This document shows positions 8,966 to 18,852 of a stretch of 64,000 nucleotides of DNA, piece after piece. The position numbers and the translations under genes were made by a program. The stretch comes from Acidimicrobiales bacterium (GTDB lineage: Bacteria; Actinomycetota; Acidimicrobiia; Acidimicrobiales; Aldehydirespiratoraceae), in contig OZ220692.1 in NCBI GenBank assembly GCA_965116485.1, positions 283,152-347,151 of the forward strand. Reading direction: 5' to 3'. Below the pieces are notes generated by a model, which saw only the letters and a program-made list of their open reading frames with translations, was not told the origin of the DNA and searched no databases. Within the stretch, counting starts at the first letter, position 1; the number at the start of each line of letters is the position of its first letter.

Positions 8966-9822
8966 CAGCGGGCTCTGCTTTCGCCGGGCGCAGCCGGAGC
9001 CGCGGAAGCGTTGTCGTTGCCGGGCGCAGCCGGAGCCGCGGAAGCGTTGTCGTTGCCGGGCGCAGCCGGAGCCGCGGAAGCGTTGTCGTTGCCGGGCGCA
9101 GCCGGAGCCGCGGAAGCGTTGTCGTTGCCGGGCGTAGCCGGAGCCGCGGAAGCGTTGTCGTTGCCGGGCGTAGCCGGAGCCGCGGGGTCGCCGGGCGTAG
9201 TCGGAGCCGCGGAGCCGGGCGTAGTCGGAGCCGCGGGGGGGAGGTCCATTGAGGCAGCTTCGAGGTCCTCGAGGAGTTCGCTGCGGAGCTGTTTGCGGGT
9301 CAACACCACCGCACCGATCACCGCGACCGTCAACAGGGCCGCGGTTATCTCAAACGACAACGCGTAGTCCGAGAACAGCACACGTCCGATGCGTTCAATG
9401 TCGGTGAAGCCATTGTCGAGGGCACGCTCTACGACGGTACCGTCAGCGCCGCTCTGCACCGCTCCGGTGAGTGCGTCGGATGCGACCACCACCAGAGCCA
9501 GACCCAAACCACCCAGCGCGGCGGTGACTATCACCGTCAACGGGCGTTGCCCCGCGATCGGTTCAACCGACCAATCGTCGGCGGTGTCCACACCTAGCAG
9601 CATGATCACGAAGAGGAACAGGATGACGATGGCGCCGGCGTAGACGACGATCTGCACGGCCGCCAGGAAATGTGCTTCTTGCAGGACGAACAGCACCGCG
9701 ACCCCGAACAGCGTCTGGATCAGGAAGAGGGCCGAGTGCACCGGGTTGCGCGAGATGACCACACCGACGGCACCGCTCAACACGATGACCGCGGCGACAG
9801 CAAAGACGATCACCTCGCTCAC
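8965..9822 (-). CDS. nuoJ: NADH-quinone oxidoreductase subunit J with a repeat-encoded C-terminal tail
   Basis: N-terminal 170 aa are NuoJ-like (NPVHSALFLIQTLFGVAVLFVLQEAHFLAAVQIVVYAGAIVILFLFVIM). The C-terminal 100 aa are low complexity, (AAPAAPGNDNAS)n. Confidence 0.9.
   Translation of the reverse strand: MSEVIVFAVAAVIVLSGAVGVVISRNPVHSALFLIQTLFGVAVLFVLQEAHFLAAVQIVVYAGAIVILFLFVIMLLGVDTADDWSVEPIAGQRPLTVIVTAALGGLGLALVVVASDALTGAVQSGADGTVVERALDNGFTDIERIGRVLFSDYALSFEITAALLTVAVIGAVVLTRKQLRSELLEDLEAASMDLPPAAPTTPGSAAPTTPGDPAAPATPGNDNASAAPATPGNDNASAAPAAPGNDNASAAPAAPGNDNASAAPAAPGNDNASAAPAAPGESRAR
8982..9240. repeat. 36-bp tandem repeat inside the nuoJ 3' end
   Basis: Unit GCCGGGCGCAGCCGGAGCCGCGGAAGCGTTGTCGTT, 5 full copies (8982..9161) then degenerate copies. 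In frame, 12 codons per unit. Confidence 0.9.
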
Positions 9823-10517
9823 GCCGCACCTCCGCCCGAAGTCTCCGCATCAGCATCTGCGTCGGGCTCTGGGCCGGCAGCGACCGCAACGTCTGCAGAC
9901 TGGCCGAGTTCGGGTGCCCGCACGCCGTAACCGAGTTCACCGGACCAGTGCACGACGCCTTCGTAGCGATGGTCCCCAGACGGCGATGTGGCGCGCATCC
10001 ATCCGGAGGTCAGTTCGTCCTCCCCCTCACGCCAGTCCTCCCACGGAAGCTGCTGGGGTTTGCCGTCGTCACCGACGAGCAGTTCGTCGCGGGTGTAGAT
10101 CGCGTCGTTGCGATTGGTGAAGGAGAATTCGAACAGTTTCGATTCGGTGATGGCCTGGGTCGGGCACGCCTCCACGCACAGGTCGCAATGTATGCACCGC
10201 AGATAGTTGATCTCGTAGACATAGCCGAAGCGTTCACCGGGCGACGTCGGGTTGTCGGGGTCGTTGTCGGCGCCCCGCACATGGATGCACTTGGCTGGAC
10301 ACACGCCGGCGCACAGTTCACAACCGATGCACTTCTCCATTCCGTCCTCGTAACGGTTCAGGACGTGCCGCCCGTGCAGGCGCTCGACTTTGGGGCGCTT
10401 CTCGTCGGGTTGGCCGGCTTTGGCCATTCCTCCCCGATAGTCGCCGGTGACCCGCTCCTCGAAGAGCTTCTTGAAGGTGACCGCGAAGCCTTTGATGTAG
10501 TCGGTCAACTCAGCCAC
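9819..10517 (-). CDS. nuoI: NADH-quinone oxidoreductase subunit I (2x[4Fe-4S])
   Basis: CIGCELCAGVCP and CIHCDLCVEACP motifs. Gene order. Acidic C-terminal extension. Confidence 0.94.
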   Translation of the reverse strand: MAELTDYIKGFAVTFKKLFEERVTGDYRGGMAKAGQPDEKRPKVERLHGRHVLNRYEDGMEKCIGCELCAGVCPAKCIHVRGADNDPDNPTSPGERFGYVYEINYLRCIHCDLCVEACPTQAITESKLFEFSFTNRNDAIYTRDELLVGDDGKPQQLPWEDWREGEDELTSGWMRATSPSGDHRYEGVVHWSGELGYGVRAPELGQSADVAVAAGPEPDADADAETSGGGAA

Positions 10518-11853
10518 GGAGCGCCCCCTTTGCCTGATCGTTGCTTGCCCGCTCTGATTCGCTCAGCTCATGAGCGGCTCGGGCCGCCGGTTCTGCCCTG
10601 GCCTGCCCAGAATCGGAACTGGCTTGTTCGAGGTCGACGAGACGCTGTGTACGGGCCGAGCTCAACGCCATCATCAGCAGCGCCCCGCAAAGCATGCAGA
10701 CGAACCCGAAGCCCAGTGCGAAGGCCCCCACTTCGATGCTGCTCCAGCCGCGGTCACGGCCTGTCTGGATGCCTGCCAGAACCAAGAACCACGCCAACGA
10801 CACGGGAATCAGCAACTTCCAGCCCAGGTCCATGAGCTGGTCGTAGCGGAGCCGTGGCAGCGTCGCCCGCAACCACACGAACCCGAACAGGAAGAGCATC
10901 AGTTTGATGAAGAACCAGAACACGCCGACCCACCAACCCTTTGGTACGAACAGTGCCGGGCCCGCGGGTCCGCCCAGGAAGAGCGTGACGATGATCGCTC
11001 CCATCGTTATCTGGTTCATGAACTCCGCCAGGTAGAACAACGCGAAGCGGATCGACGAGTACTCGGTGTGGAAGCCGCCCACCAGTTCCTGTTCGGCCTC
11101 TACCAGGTCGAAGGGCGGGTGGTTGAGTTCGGCAGTCCCCGCCACCATGAAGATGAAGAAAGGGATGAAACCGGTGACGATGATGTTCCAGTTGGGCAGG
11201 AAGCTGTTGAAACCCGGACCTGCTTGCGTCAGCACCATTTCATGCATCGACAACGTGCCGCTGACCAGCACGACAGAGGCGATCGACAGGCCCAACGCAG
11301 CTTCGTAGCTGACCATCTGGGCTGAGGCTCGCACCGAGCCCAGCAGCGGGTACTTCGAGCCTGAGCCCCAGCCCGCCAACATCACCCCGTAGATCGCGAG
11401 CGACGACATCGCCAGGAAGAAGAGAACGCCGACAGGCGGGTCGGCGACCTGCAGCAGCGTGTCGTGGCCGAAGATCGATATGAAGCCGTCGGGACGGTCG
11501 TCCGTGCGGTTGAAGTCTCCCCCGATGGGCACGATCGCGAACACCAGGAAAGCCGGGATGAGCGACAGGTATGGGGCCAGTTTGAACACGAATCGGTGGG
11601 ATTTCTCCGGGATCAGGTCCTCTTTGAAGAACAGCTTTATGCCGTCTGCCAAAGTGACCAGGATCCCCCACGGCCCGGCCAGGTTGGGGCCGATCCGGTT
11701 CTGCATGTCGGAAATCACCTTGCGCAGGAACCAGATGTTGAACATCACCGCGACCAGCAAGAAAACGAAGGCCACAACCACTTTGAGCAGCACCACGCCG
11801 ACTTCGGGCAGGCCGAACGGGTCGGCGAACAGCGGATCGTTGGAACCGATCAC
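10510..11853 (-). CDS. nuoH: NADH-quinone oxidoreductase subunit H
   Basis: ORF 10510..11931 trimmed to the GTG at 11853, which overlaps the nuoG stop (GTGA). Motifs RKVISDMQNRIGPN, GWGSGSKYPLLGSVRASAQMVSYE and ELNHPPFDLVEAEQELVGGFHTEYS. Confidence 0.92.
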   Translation of the reverse strand: MIGSNDPLFADPFGLPEVGVVLLKVVVAFVFLLVAVMFNIWFLRKVISDMQNRIGPNLAGPWGILVTLADGIKLFFKEDLIPEKSHRFVFKLAPYLSLIPAFLVFAIVPIGGDFNRTDDRPDGFISIFGHDTLLQVADPPVGVLFFLAMSSLAIYGVMLAGWGSGSKYPLLGSVRASAQMVSYEAALGLSIASVVLVSGTLSMHEMVLTQAGPGFNSFLPNWNIIVTGFIPFFIFMVAGTAELNHPPFDLVEAEQELVGGFHTEYSSIRFALFYLAEFMNQITMGAIIVTLFLGGPAGPALFVPKGWWVGVFWFFIKLMLFLFGFVWLRATLPRLRYDQLMDLGWKLLIPVSLAWFLVLAGIQTGRDRGWSSIEVGAFALGFGFVCMLCGALLMMALSSARTQRLVDLEQASSDSGQARAEPAARAAHELSESERASNDQAKGALRG

Positions 11854-14369
11854 AACCGCTCCACCCTCACGTCGGTGACCACTGCGGAGGCGTCGATCAG
11901 TGGCCTGCAGTCTGCGCCGAGCGTCCGCCACGGCACGGCCGCGGAGCCGACCGGAACACCCGCGTCGATCTGCACAGGCATGTCGAGATGGCCTTTGGCC
12001 GATTCGACCCTCACCACGGTGCCCTCCTGGACCCCGATCTTGTCGAAGTCGACCGGATTCAGACGCAGTTCGAGAGACGAGGCATGCCCGCTGCTTGCCG
12101 GGCTGTGGCGGAGCGCGGTGCCGTCGTCGTACATCCGTCGGGTGGTCAACAGGCGCAACGAGTAACGGTCGTTCACCGGGCTGCTGGCCCCGGCCGGACC
12201 GGGCGGTGCGATATCGCCGTTGCCGGTGAGCAGTACGCCGTCCACCTGTGAGGTGTCGAGTGCTTCTTCGGTGAGCGGTGCGTGTACCTCCGAGACCGTG
12301 GCGAGTTCCGCCCGGATCGCGGCAACAGAGTCGAAGCCGAGGTCGGTGCCCAGCCGGGTGGCGATCTCCGCGGTGATCATCCAGTCGGGTCGCGAAACGC
12401 CGGCGGGTGTGACGATCTGCCCGCAGACGCTGACCCGACCCTCGAGGTTGGTGAAGGTTCCAGCCGATTCTGTGGGGCCCGCCGCGGCCAGGATCACATC
12501 GGCTTCGGCCATGATCGTGTCGTTGGGCAGCAGGTCGACGGCTATGACGGTCCCCGCGCCGGCCATTCCGTCACGCGCCAACTCGGCGTCTGGGAAGTCG
12601 TTGAGCGGATCAGCCCCCAGCAGGATGAGCGTGTCGATTTCGCCTGCTTTGGCAGCTCGCAGAATGCCTGCGGTGTCGTGACCGACGTTCCGGGGGACGC
12701 CCGGCCAGGCGTCGGCAAAGCGGTGTGCTCCACTCTCCAGCGTGGTGCGGCCCGGGAGCAGGCCGGGTGCGAGTCCGGCGTCGAGCGCTCCGTGGACGTT
12801 GCCCCGCCGCAGCGCAGACAGGAACGAGACGTCTTCGATCCCCGACAGGGCGACTGCAGCGTCTATCGTGGCGGCCGCCGATTCGCTGAGCGAGGACCGG
12901 CCCAGCACCACGGTCACAGGCCCTGAGATGTCTCTCGCCGCGCGTTGCGCTCGCCGGGCGTAGCCGGAGCCCTCAACACCACCCTCAGTACCTAGATCTG
13001 CGTCGAGGTCGTCCTCCGAGTCTGGGTTGGTGGCGGCGGCTACCAGGGCGGCGGCCAACTCGCCGACCTCGCCCGGTCGGGGGTGCAGCGAGTGCGTCGC
13101 GATGTTGCTGAGGCCGGTGCGCTTCGGGGTGAGCTCTATGAGGGTCGCCCCGTCCTGTACCACAGCATGGCGCAGACGCAGATACAAAGCTCCCAGATCT
13201 TCTTTGGGGTCGGGGCCGCACAGGATGATTGTCCCGCCGGCGCGGCAGGCATCGTCGATCGTGGCCCTCGGTAGACCGAGAACGACTTCGGCCGGCAGGC
13301 CGTCATCGAGTTGGGCGTCGACATGATCGGTGCCGATCACCCCCTTGGCCAGCTTGGCCCAGGCGTACTGGGCTTCGTTGTTCAAACGGGCGCCGCCGAT
13401 TACCGCCACCCGGCCGGGATCGACGCCGTCGAGCGCGGCCACTGCTCGTTCGAAGGCCACACCCCAGCCGACGGTCTCGAGTCGACCTTCGTTGCGCACC
13501 ATCGGCGCGGCCAGCCGGCTCTCGCTGTTGAGCGCCTCGAAGGCGAACCGCTCCTTGTCCGAGAGCCAGCCCCAGTTGACCGGATCGGCGTCGACGCCGA
13601 GGACTCTCAACACCTGATCACGCGACGACTGGACGGTGATGCGTGAGCCGACTGAATCGGTCCATGCGGTCGAAATCGTCTCTTCGAGATCCCAGGGGCG
13701 TGCTTTGAAACGGTAGGGCTTGGCGGTCAGCGCTCCGACGGGACAGATCTGCACGGTATTGCCCGAGAAGTAGGAGGCGAACGGCTCGTCGGGGAACGTG
13801 TTGACCTGAGTGCTCGAACCTCGATCCATGAAGTGGATCAGCGCGTCGCCTGCGACTTCGTCCGCGAAGCGGGTGCAGCGGTCGCAGAGGATGCAGCGCT
13901 CGCGGTCGAGGTAGACGGTGTCGCTGATCGGTATCGGCTTCTCGAAGTGCCGCTTCTCCTCGATGAAACGGGACTCTCCGGGACCGTAGGCCATCGTCTG
14001 GTCCTGCAACGGGCACTCGCCGCCCTTGTCGCAGACCGGGCAGTCGAGGGGATGGTTGATCAGCAGGAACTCGAGCACGCCGTCCTGAGCCTTCTTGGTG
14101 ACCTCGGACTCGGTCTCCACCACCATGTTGTCGCTCACGGGGACCATGCAGCTCGGTTGCAGGCCCGATCCTCGCCCGCTGTCCACCTCCACCAGACACA
14201 TCCGGCACATGCCGACCGGGTTCATTCTGGGGTGATGGCAGAACCGGGGGATGTAGGTGCCGTTGCGTTCGCAGGCGTCGATCAGCAGTTCGCCGGGGCG
14301 GGCCTCGATCTGTCGGCCGTTGACGGTGACGCTGACCGTCGAGGTGTCGGTGGGACGGGTATCGGTCAC
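11850..14369 (-). CDS. nuoG: NADH-quinone oxidoreductase subunit G
   Basis: N-terminal 2Fe-2S and 4Fe-4S cysteine motifs (IPRFCHHPRMNPVGMCRMCLVEV, HPLDCPVCDKGGECPLQD, CILCDRCTRF), then a molybdopterin-like domain. Confidence 0.94.
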   Translation of the reverse strand: MTDTRPTDTSTVSVTVNGRQIEARPGELLIDACERNGTYIPRFCHHPRMNPVGMCRMCLVEVDSGRGSGLQPSCMVPVSDNMVVETESEVTKKAQDGVLEFLLINHPLDCPVCDKGGECPLQDQTMAYGPGESRFIEEKRHFEKPIPISDTVYLDRERCILCDRCTRFADEVAGDALIHFMDRGSSTQVNTFPDEPFASYFSGNTVQICPVGALTAKPYRFKARPWDLEETISTAWTDSVGSRITVQSSRDQVLRVLGVDADPVNWGWLSDKERFAFEALNSESRLAAPMVRNEGRLETVGWGVAFERAVAALDGVDPGRVAVIGGARLNNEAQYAWAKLAKGVIGTDHVDAQLDDGLPAEVVLGLPRATIDDACRAGGTIILCGPDPKEDLGALYLRLRHAVVQDGATLIELTPKRTGLSNIATHSLHPRPGEVGELAAALVAAATNPDSEDDLDADLGTEGGVEGSGYARRAQRAARDISGPVTVVLGRSSLSESAAATIDAAVALSGIEDVSFLSALRRGNVHGALDAGLAPGLLPGRTTLESGAHRFADAWPGVPRNVGHDTAGILRAAKAGEIDTLILLGADPLNDFPDAELARDGMAGAGTVIAVDLLPNDTIMAEADVILAAAGPTESAGTFTNLEGRVSVCGQIVTPAGVSRPDWMITAEIATRLGTDLGFDSVAAIRAELATVSEVHAPLTEEALDTSQVDGVLLTGNGDIAPPGPAGASSPVNDRYSLRLLTTRRMYDDGTALRHSPASSGHASSLELRLNPVDFDKIGVQEGTVVRVESAKGHLDMPVQIDAGVPVGSAAVPWRTLGADCRPLIDASAVVTDVRVERL

Positions 14370-15787
14370 TGGAGCGCTCCGTCACCAAAAACCACTTGGG
14401 CACGTACAGGTATCGAGTCACGCCTGGTGATCTTTGCTTCGTATTCGTGGCGGAACCGGCGGATCGTCGACACGATCGGCGCGACCGACGAGGGGCCGAG
14501 CGGGCAGATCGTCGTCTGTTTCGGCGGGAAAGGCACCGCCTCGAGGCCCTCGGCCGGGTTGGCTGCGACCGGGTAGGGGCCGGGGCTGATGTTGTCGGCG
14601 ATATCGAGCAGCATGTCGATGTCGCTGTGCCTGCCCTCGCCGTCGAGGATCCGTTGCAGGATCCTCTCCTCCCAGGTGGTTCCCTCGCGGCAGGGCGTGC
14701 ACTTGCCGCACGACTCTCGGGCGAAGAACCTGACGACTCGCAGCGTGGCCTTCACCGCGTCGGTCGTTTCGTCCATCACCACGATGGCTCCGGATCCGAG
14801 CATCGATCCGGCGGCACCGACAGGCCCGGCTTCCAGGGGGAGATCGAGGTGTTCTTCGAAGAACCAGGGCGCCGAGCCCCCGCCCGGGATGAACATCTTC
14901 AGTTCATGGCCGTCGCGGATTCCCTGGCAGTAATTGTCCCCGTAGATCAGCTCTCTGAAAGTGGTGACACCGTGCTCGACTTCGTACACGCCCGGTCTGC
15001 GCACGTGGCCCGAGACTGCGAACAGTCGTGTTCCGGGCGACGCCTCGGAGCCGTAGCTCTTGTACTGCTCAGCGCCGTTGACCATCAGCCAGCCGATGTT
15101 GGCGAGCGTCTCGACGTTGTTGACGATGGTCGGCTGGCCGTACAGCCCGATCGCGGCCGGGAAGTAGGGGGGCTTGAGTCGGGGCATGCCCCGGTTGCCT
15201 TCGAGGCTCTCGATCAGCGCCGTCTCTTCGCCGACGATGTAGGCGCCGGCGCCCCAGGTGAGCACGATGTCCACCGAGAAGTCGGTGTCGAGGATGTTGC
15301 GGCCCACGTAGCCGGCCTCGTACGCCTCATTGAGTGCGTTCGCGATCCGTTCTTGGGCGAGTGCCATCTCGCCGCGCACATAGAGGAAGCACTGGGTCAA
15401 CCCGAGCGCATAGCAGGTGATGAGGCAACCTTCGATGAGCTGGTGCGGATCGCGCTCCATGAGCAGGCGGTCCTTGTATGTTCCGGGCTCACTCTCGTCG
15501 CCGTTGACGACCAGGTAGTAAGGGAACTTCTGAGGCGGCAGGAACCCCCATTTGACGCCCGCCGGGAATCCTGCGCCGCCGCGTCCCAGCAGGATGGCGC
15601 TGCGAACCTCGCCGTGGACGTCGGCGGGCCGTTTGGCGAGCGCGGCGCGCAGGCCCTCATATCCCCCGGTTGCCTCGAAGCGGCCCAGCGTGTACGAGTC
15701 TGCGTAGCTGAAGCGTTCGCTGACGATCTTGGGGCCCTCGTTGTCGACGTATCCCGGTGCGTGTTTGACGTAGTCGTTGGTCGCCAT
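14366..15787 (-). CDS. nuoF: NADH-quinone oxidoreductase subunit F
   Basis: GRGGAGFPAGVKW, NGDESEPGTYKDR, GAGAYIVGEETALIESLEG, ESCGKCTPCREG. Confidence 0.95.
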   Translation of the reverse strand: MATNDYVKHAPGYVDNEGPKIVSERFSYADSYTLGRFEATGGYEGLRAALAKRPADVHGEVRSAILLGRGGAGFPAGVKWGFLPPQKFPYYLVVNGDESEPGTYKDRLLMERDPHQLIEGCLITCYALGLTQCFLYVRGEMALAQERIANALNEAYEAGYVGRNILDTDFSVDIVLTWGAGAYIVGEETALIESLEGNRGMPRLKPPYFPAAIGLYGQPTIVNNVETLANIGWLMVNGAEQYKSYGSEASPGTRLFAVSGHVRRPGVYEVEHGVTTFRELIYGDNYCQGIRDGHELKMFIPGGGSAPWFFEEHLDLPLEAGPVGAAGSMLGSGAIVVMDETTDAVKATLRVVRFFARESCGKCTPCREGTTWEERILQRILDGEGRHSDIDMLLDIADNISPGPYPVAANPAEGLEAVPFPPKQTTICPLGPSSVAPIVSTIRRFRHEYEAKITRRDSIPVRAQVVFGDGALQ

Positions 15788-16425
15788 CAGCTCACCACCG
15801 AATCTGCCGCATCAGCTGCGGTCTCGTTGCGCTGGAGCCACACGGGCGCTTCACGGGCGGCCTCCGGGGGCACGATCCCCGCGAGCCGGTCTGACGGGAT
15901 GCGTTGGCGTACCCGGGCGAGCGTTCCGTGGGCGGGCAGGTCATCCACGCGTCCCGCGCGGATGTCGTCGATCATCTCGTCGAACTCGTCGTTGCTGACT
16001 CGCAGCCGGTAGCGATAGTTGACCTGCAGGCACGGCGCCTCGGTGCAGGCCGCGATGCACTCCACGTCTTCGAGGGTGAACATGCCGTCGTCTGTGGTTC
16101 CCCCGGTCTTCACGCCGAGTCGTTGCTGTGCGTGGTCGAGCAGTTCCTCGCCTCCAACCAGCATGCAGGAGATGTTGGTGCAGACGTTGATCAGATAGCT
16201 GCCGACCGGACCGAACTTGAACATCTCGTAGAAGCTGCCGGTGCCCTTCACTTCGGCGGGGGTGACGTCGCAGAGCTCCGCGATCTGACGCATGGCGTCG
16301 CTTGTGACCCAGCCGTGCTGTTCCTGAGCGAGGTGCAGGAGCGGGATGAGCGCTGAGCGCGGCACCGGGTAGCGCGAAACGATCTCGCGCGCGGTGTCGA
16401 GGTTTGCCGAGGTGAAGAAGCTCAT
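15787..16425 (-). CDS. nuoE: NADH-quinone oxidoreductase subunit E
   Basis: Thioredoxin-like 2Fe-2S subunit (LINVCTNISCML, VECIAACTEAP). Gene order. Confidence 0.93.
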   Translation of the reverse strand: MSFFTSANLDTAREIVSRYPVPRSALIPLLHLAQEQHGWVTSDAMRQIAELCDVTPAEVKGTGSFYEMFKFGPVGSYLINVCTNISCMLVGGEELLDHAQQRLGVKTGGTTDDGMFTLEDVECIAACTEAPCLQVNYRYRLRVSNDEFDEMIDDIRAGRVDDLPAHGTLARVRQRIPSDRLAGIVPPEAAREAPVWLQRNETAADAADSVVS

Positions 16426-17690
16426 CGGTCGACCTCACCAAGGATCGGATCGACGCTGGAGATGATGGCGACTCCGTCCGCGATCAGGCCGCCGCGCATG
16501 AGATGCGGCAGCGTCTGGAGGTTGATGAAGCTCGGTGGGCGGACCCGCATCCGGTAGGGGGTGGCGGTGCCGTCGCTGACGATGTAGACACCCAGTTCGC
16601 CCCGTGGCGATTCGACTGCCGCGTAAGCCTCGCCCTTGGGCACCTGGTAGCCCTCGGTGAAGATCTTGAAGTGGTGGATCAGCGCTTCCATCGACTCGTC
16701 GATGCGCAGCCGCGGCGGCGGGGTGACCTTCTTGTCCTGCAGGCGATAGTCGCCGCCGGGCATCCGGTCGATGATCTGGTCCACGATCTTCATCGATTCG
16801 CGGATCTCGTTGATGCGGATCGCGTAGCGGTCGTAGCAGTCCCCGTAGGTGCCGACGATGACATCGAAGTCGACTTCGTCGTAAGCGAGGTAGGGCTCGT
16901 CACGGCGCAGATCCCAGGCGTAGCCGGTGGAACGAAGCAGCGGACCCGTGGCCGACAATGCAATCGCCTCATCTGCGTTGATCGCCCCGACGCCTTGCAG
17001 GCGTTCGCGCCAGATGGGCTGACCGGTCATCAGCACTTCGTATTCGTCGAGCCTCGGCTCGATGAGTTCGAGCAGTTCGCGCAGGTCGTCCCGCCAACCG
17101 TCGTGGAGGTCTGCGGCGACACCGCCGGGCCGGATGTAGTTGTGGTTCATGCGCAGCCCGGTGACCTTCTCGAAAAAGCGCAGCACCTCCTCGCGTTCGC
17201 GCCAGCCGTAGATCATCATCGAGACCGCGCCGAGGTCGATGCCGTTGGTGGCCAGGAACAGCAGGTGCGACGACATGCGGTTGAGTTCGCACATCAGCAT
17301 CCGTATCCAGGTGGCGCGTTCGGGGACGTCGATGCCGAGGAGTTTCTCGGTGGTGAGCGAGAAGGCCAGCTCGGAGAAGAGCGGTGATGCGTAGTCCATG
17401 CGGGTCACGTTGGTGCAGCCCTGCAGGTAGGTGAGGTTCTCGCCCTGTTTCTCCATGCCCGTGTGGAGGTAGCCGATGACCGGTTTGGACCGCAGCACGG
17501 TTTCGCCTTCCATCTCCAGCATCAGGCGCAGCACGCCGTGGGTGGAGGGATGGGCGGGGCCCATGTTGAGCATGACCCGTTCGTCGTCGTCGGGATCGGC
17601 AGCGTCACCGCCGATGAGGGCGGCTTCGGCTTCGGAGAGCCGCAGCACCGCGGAGTCGTCGCCGCGTCGCATCACCCGTTCTGCGGTCAC
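16422..17690 (-). CDS. nuoD: NADH-quinone oxidoreductase subunit D
   Basis: LNMGPAHPSTHGVLRL, YLHTGMEKQGE, ends PILGEVDR. Confidence 0.95.
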   Translation of the reverse strand: MTAERVMRRGDDSAVLRLSEAEAALIGGDAADPDDDERVMLNMGPAHPSTHGVLRLMLEMEGETVLRSKPVIGYLHTGMEKQGENLTYLQGCTNVTRMDYASPLFSELAFSLTTEKLLGIDVPERATWIRMLMCELNRMSSHLLFLATNGIDLGAVSMMIYGWREREEVLRFFEKVTGLRMNHNYIRPGGVAADLHDGWRDDLRELLELIEPRLDEYEVLMTGQPIWRERLQGVGAINADEAIALSATGPLLRSTGYAWDLRRDEPYLAYDEVDFDVIVGTYGDCYDRYAIRINEIRESMKIVDQIIDRMPGGDYRLQDKKVTPPPRLRIDESMEALIHHFKIFTEGYQVPKGEAYAAVESPRGELGVYIVSDGTATPYRMRVRPPSFINLQTLPHLMRGGLIADGVAIISSVDPILGEVDR

Positions 17691-18241
17691 CGCGGAGCGC
17701 TCGCTTCGGAGAATTGAACCGGCACGTCACCGACCGCGAAGTCCTTGCGGAGAGGATGGCCGATCCAGTCCTCAGGCATCAGGATCCGGCTCATGTCGGG
17801 ATGATCGGCGAACTCGACGCCGAACATGTCGAACACCTCGCGTTCGAGGTTCTCGCATCCCGGCCACAGGTCGAACAGCGACGGAGCGGACGGTTCGGCG
17901 GCCGACACCTGGACTCGCAGTCCGAGCCGCTCCCGAGACGTGTGGTTGATGAGTTGAACGACCACTTCGAAACGTTCGGGTTTCACTTCGGCGGGCCGGA
18001 TCCGCGCTCCGGGGTAGTTGAGATAGTCGACGGCGGTGAGGTCGATGAGCTGGTCGAAGCCGTCGTCGCGAGCGGCGGTGGCGACTTCGAGATACTGCTC
18101 GACGGTCACGAACAGCACCGTCTGCGACGATATTTCCGACGCCAACGCCCCGTAACGCTTTGTTTCGGTCAGTTCGGGCTTGGTCACTTCCGGTTCGGTC
18201 ACTTCCGGTTCAGTCAGTTCCGGTTCAGTCAGTTCCGACAC
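17687..18241 (-). CDS. nuoC: NADH-quinone oxidoreductase subunit C with a pentapeptide-repeat N-terminus
   Basis: NuoC core (LIDLTAVDY, EREVFDMFGVEFADHPD, ILMPEDW). GTG start. N-terminus SELTE PELTE PEVTE PEVTK PELTE. Confidence 0.92.
   Translation of the reverse strand: MSELTEPELTEPEVTEPEVTKPELTETKRYGALASEISSQTVLFVTVEQYLEVATAARDDGFDQLIDLTAVDYLNYPGARIRPAEVKPERFEVVVQLINHTSRERLGLRVQVSAAEPSAPSLFDLWPGCENLEREVFDMFGVEFADHPDMSRILMPEDWIGHPLRKDFAVGDVPVQFSEASAPR
18167..18241. repeat. 15-bp tandem repeat (5 units) encoding the NuoC N-terminus
   Basis: + strand units GGTCACTTCCGGTTC and variants, contiguous and in frame. Confidence 0.9.
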
Positions 18242-18243
18242 GA

Positions 18244-18852
18244 TCAGCTCCGGATGGTCAGACCGGCAGTTTGCCCATCGCGTTGCTGGACCATGATCCC
18301 CGCTCCTGTGGCGGTCTCACCGGTGCCTGTGGTCTCCCGACGCTTCAACAGTTCGCCGGTGTGGATCTTGTCGTGGAGCGTCAGGATCGCATGCATCAGA
18401 GTCTCGGGTCCGGGGGGGCAGCCGGGGGCATAGACATCTACCGGCACGACCTGATCAATGCCCTGCACGATTGCGTAGTTGTTGAACATGCCTCCGCTGG
18501 ATGCGCAGACTCCCATCGAGATGACCCACTTGGGTTCCATCATCTGGTCGTACACCTGACGCAGCACCGGCGCCATCTTCTGGGACACGCGGCCGGCGAC
18601 GATCATCAGATCGGCTTGGCGCGGTGAAGCCCGGAACACCTCCATGCCGTAGCGGGCCAGGTCGTAGTGGGCTGCTCCCGCGGCCATCATCTCGAAGGCG
18701 CAGCATGCGAGTCCGAAAGTGGCGGGCCAGCAGCTGCGCATACGCGCCCAGTTGACCAGCGACTCGACGTTGCTGGTGATGAAATTGTGCTCGAGGCCGG
18801 CGAGACCGTCGTCGGCTATTTCACCGGCTTTGCCCAGACCGGGGATCCGCAT
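18244..18852 (-). CDS. nuoB: NADH-quinone oxidoreductase subunit B
   Basis: ORF 18244..19251 trimmed to the ATG at 18852, which overlaps the nuoA stop (TGATG). Motifs [27 protein letters not shown]. Confidence 0.93.
   Translation of the reverse strand: MRIPGLGKAGEIADDGLAGLEHNFITSNVESLVNWARMRSCWPATFGLACCAFEMMAAGAAHYDLARYGMEVFRASPRQADLMIVAGRVSQKMAPVLRQVYDQMMEPKWVISMGVCASSGGMFNNYAIVQGIDQVVPVDVYAPGCPPGPETLMHAILTLHDKIHTGELLKRRETTGTGETATGAGIMVQQRDGQTAGLTIRS

Noticed and set aside
3384-16012. Long plus-strand ORFs antisense to nuo genes (for example 3384..4565, 4613..5779, 7555..8715, 9948..10835, 14396..16012)
   Set aside because: These are shadow ORFs of a GC-rich coding strand. Their translations are H/R/D/E/G-rich without motifs, while the minus strand carries unmistakable Nuo signatures and tight cistron coupling.
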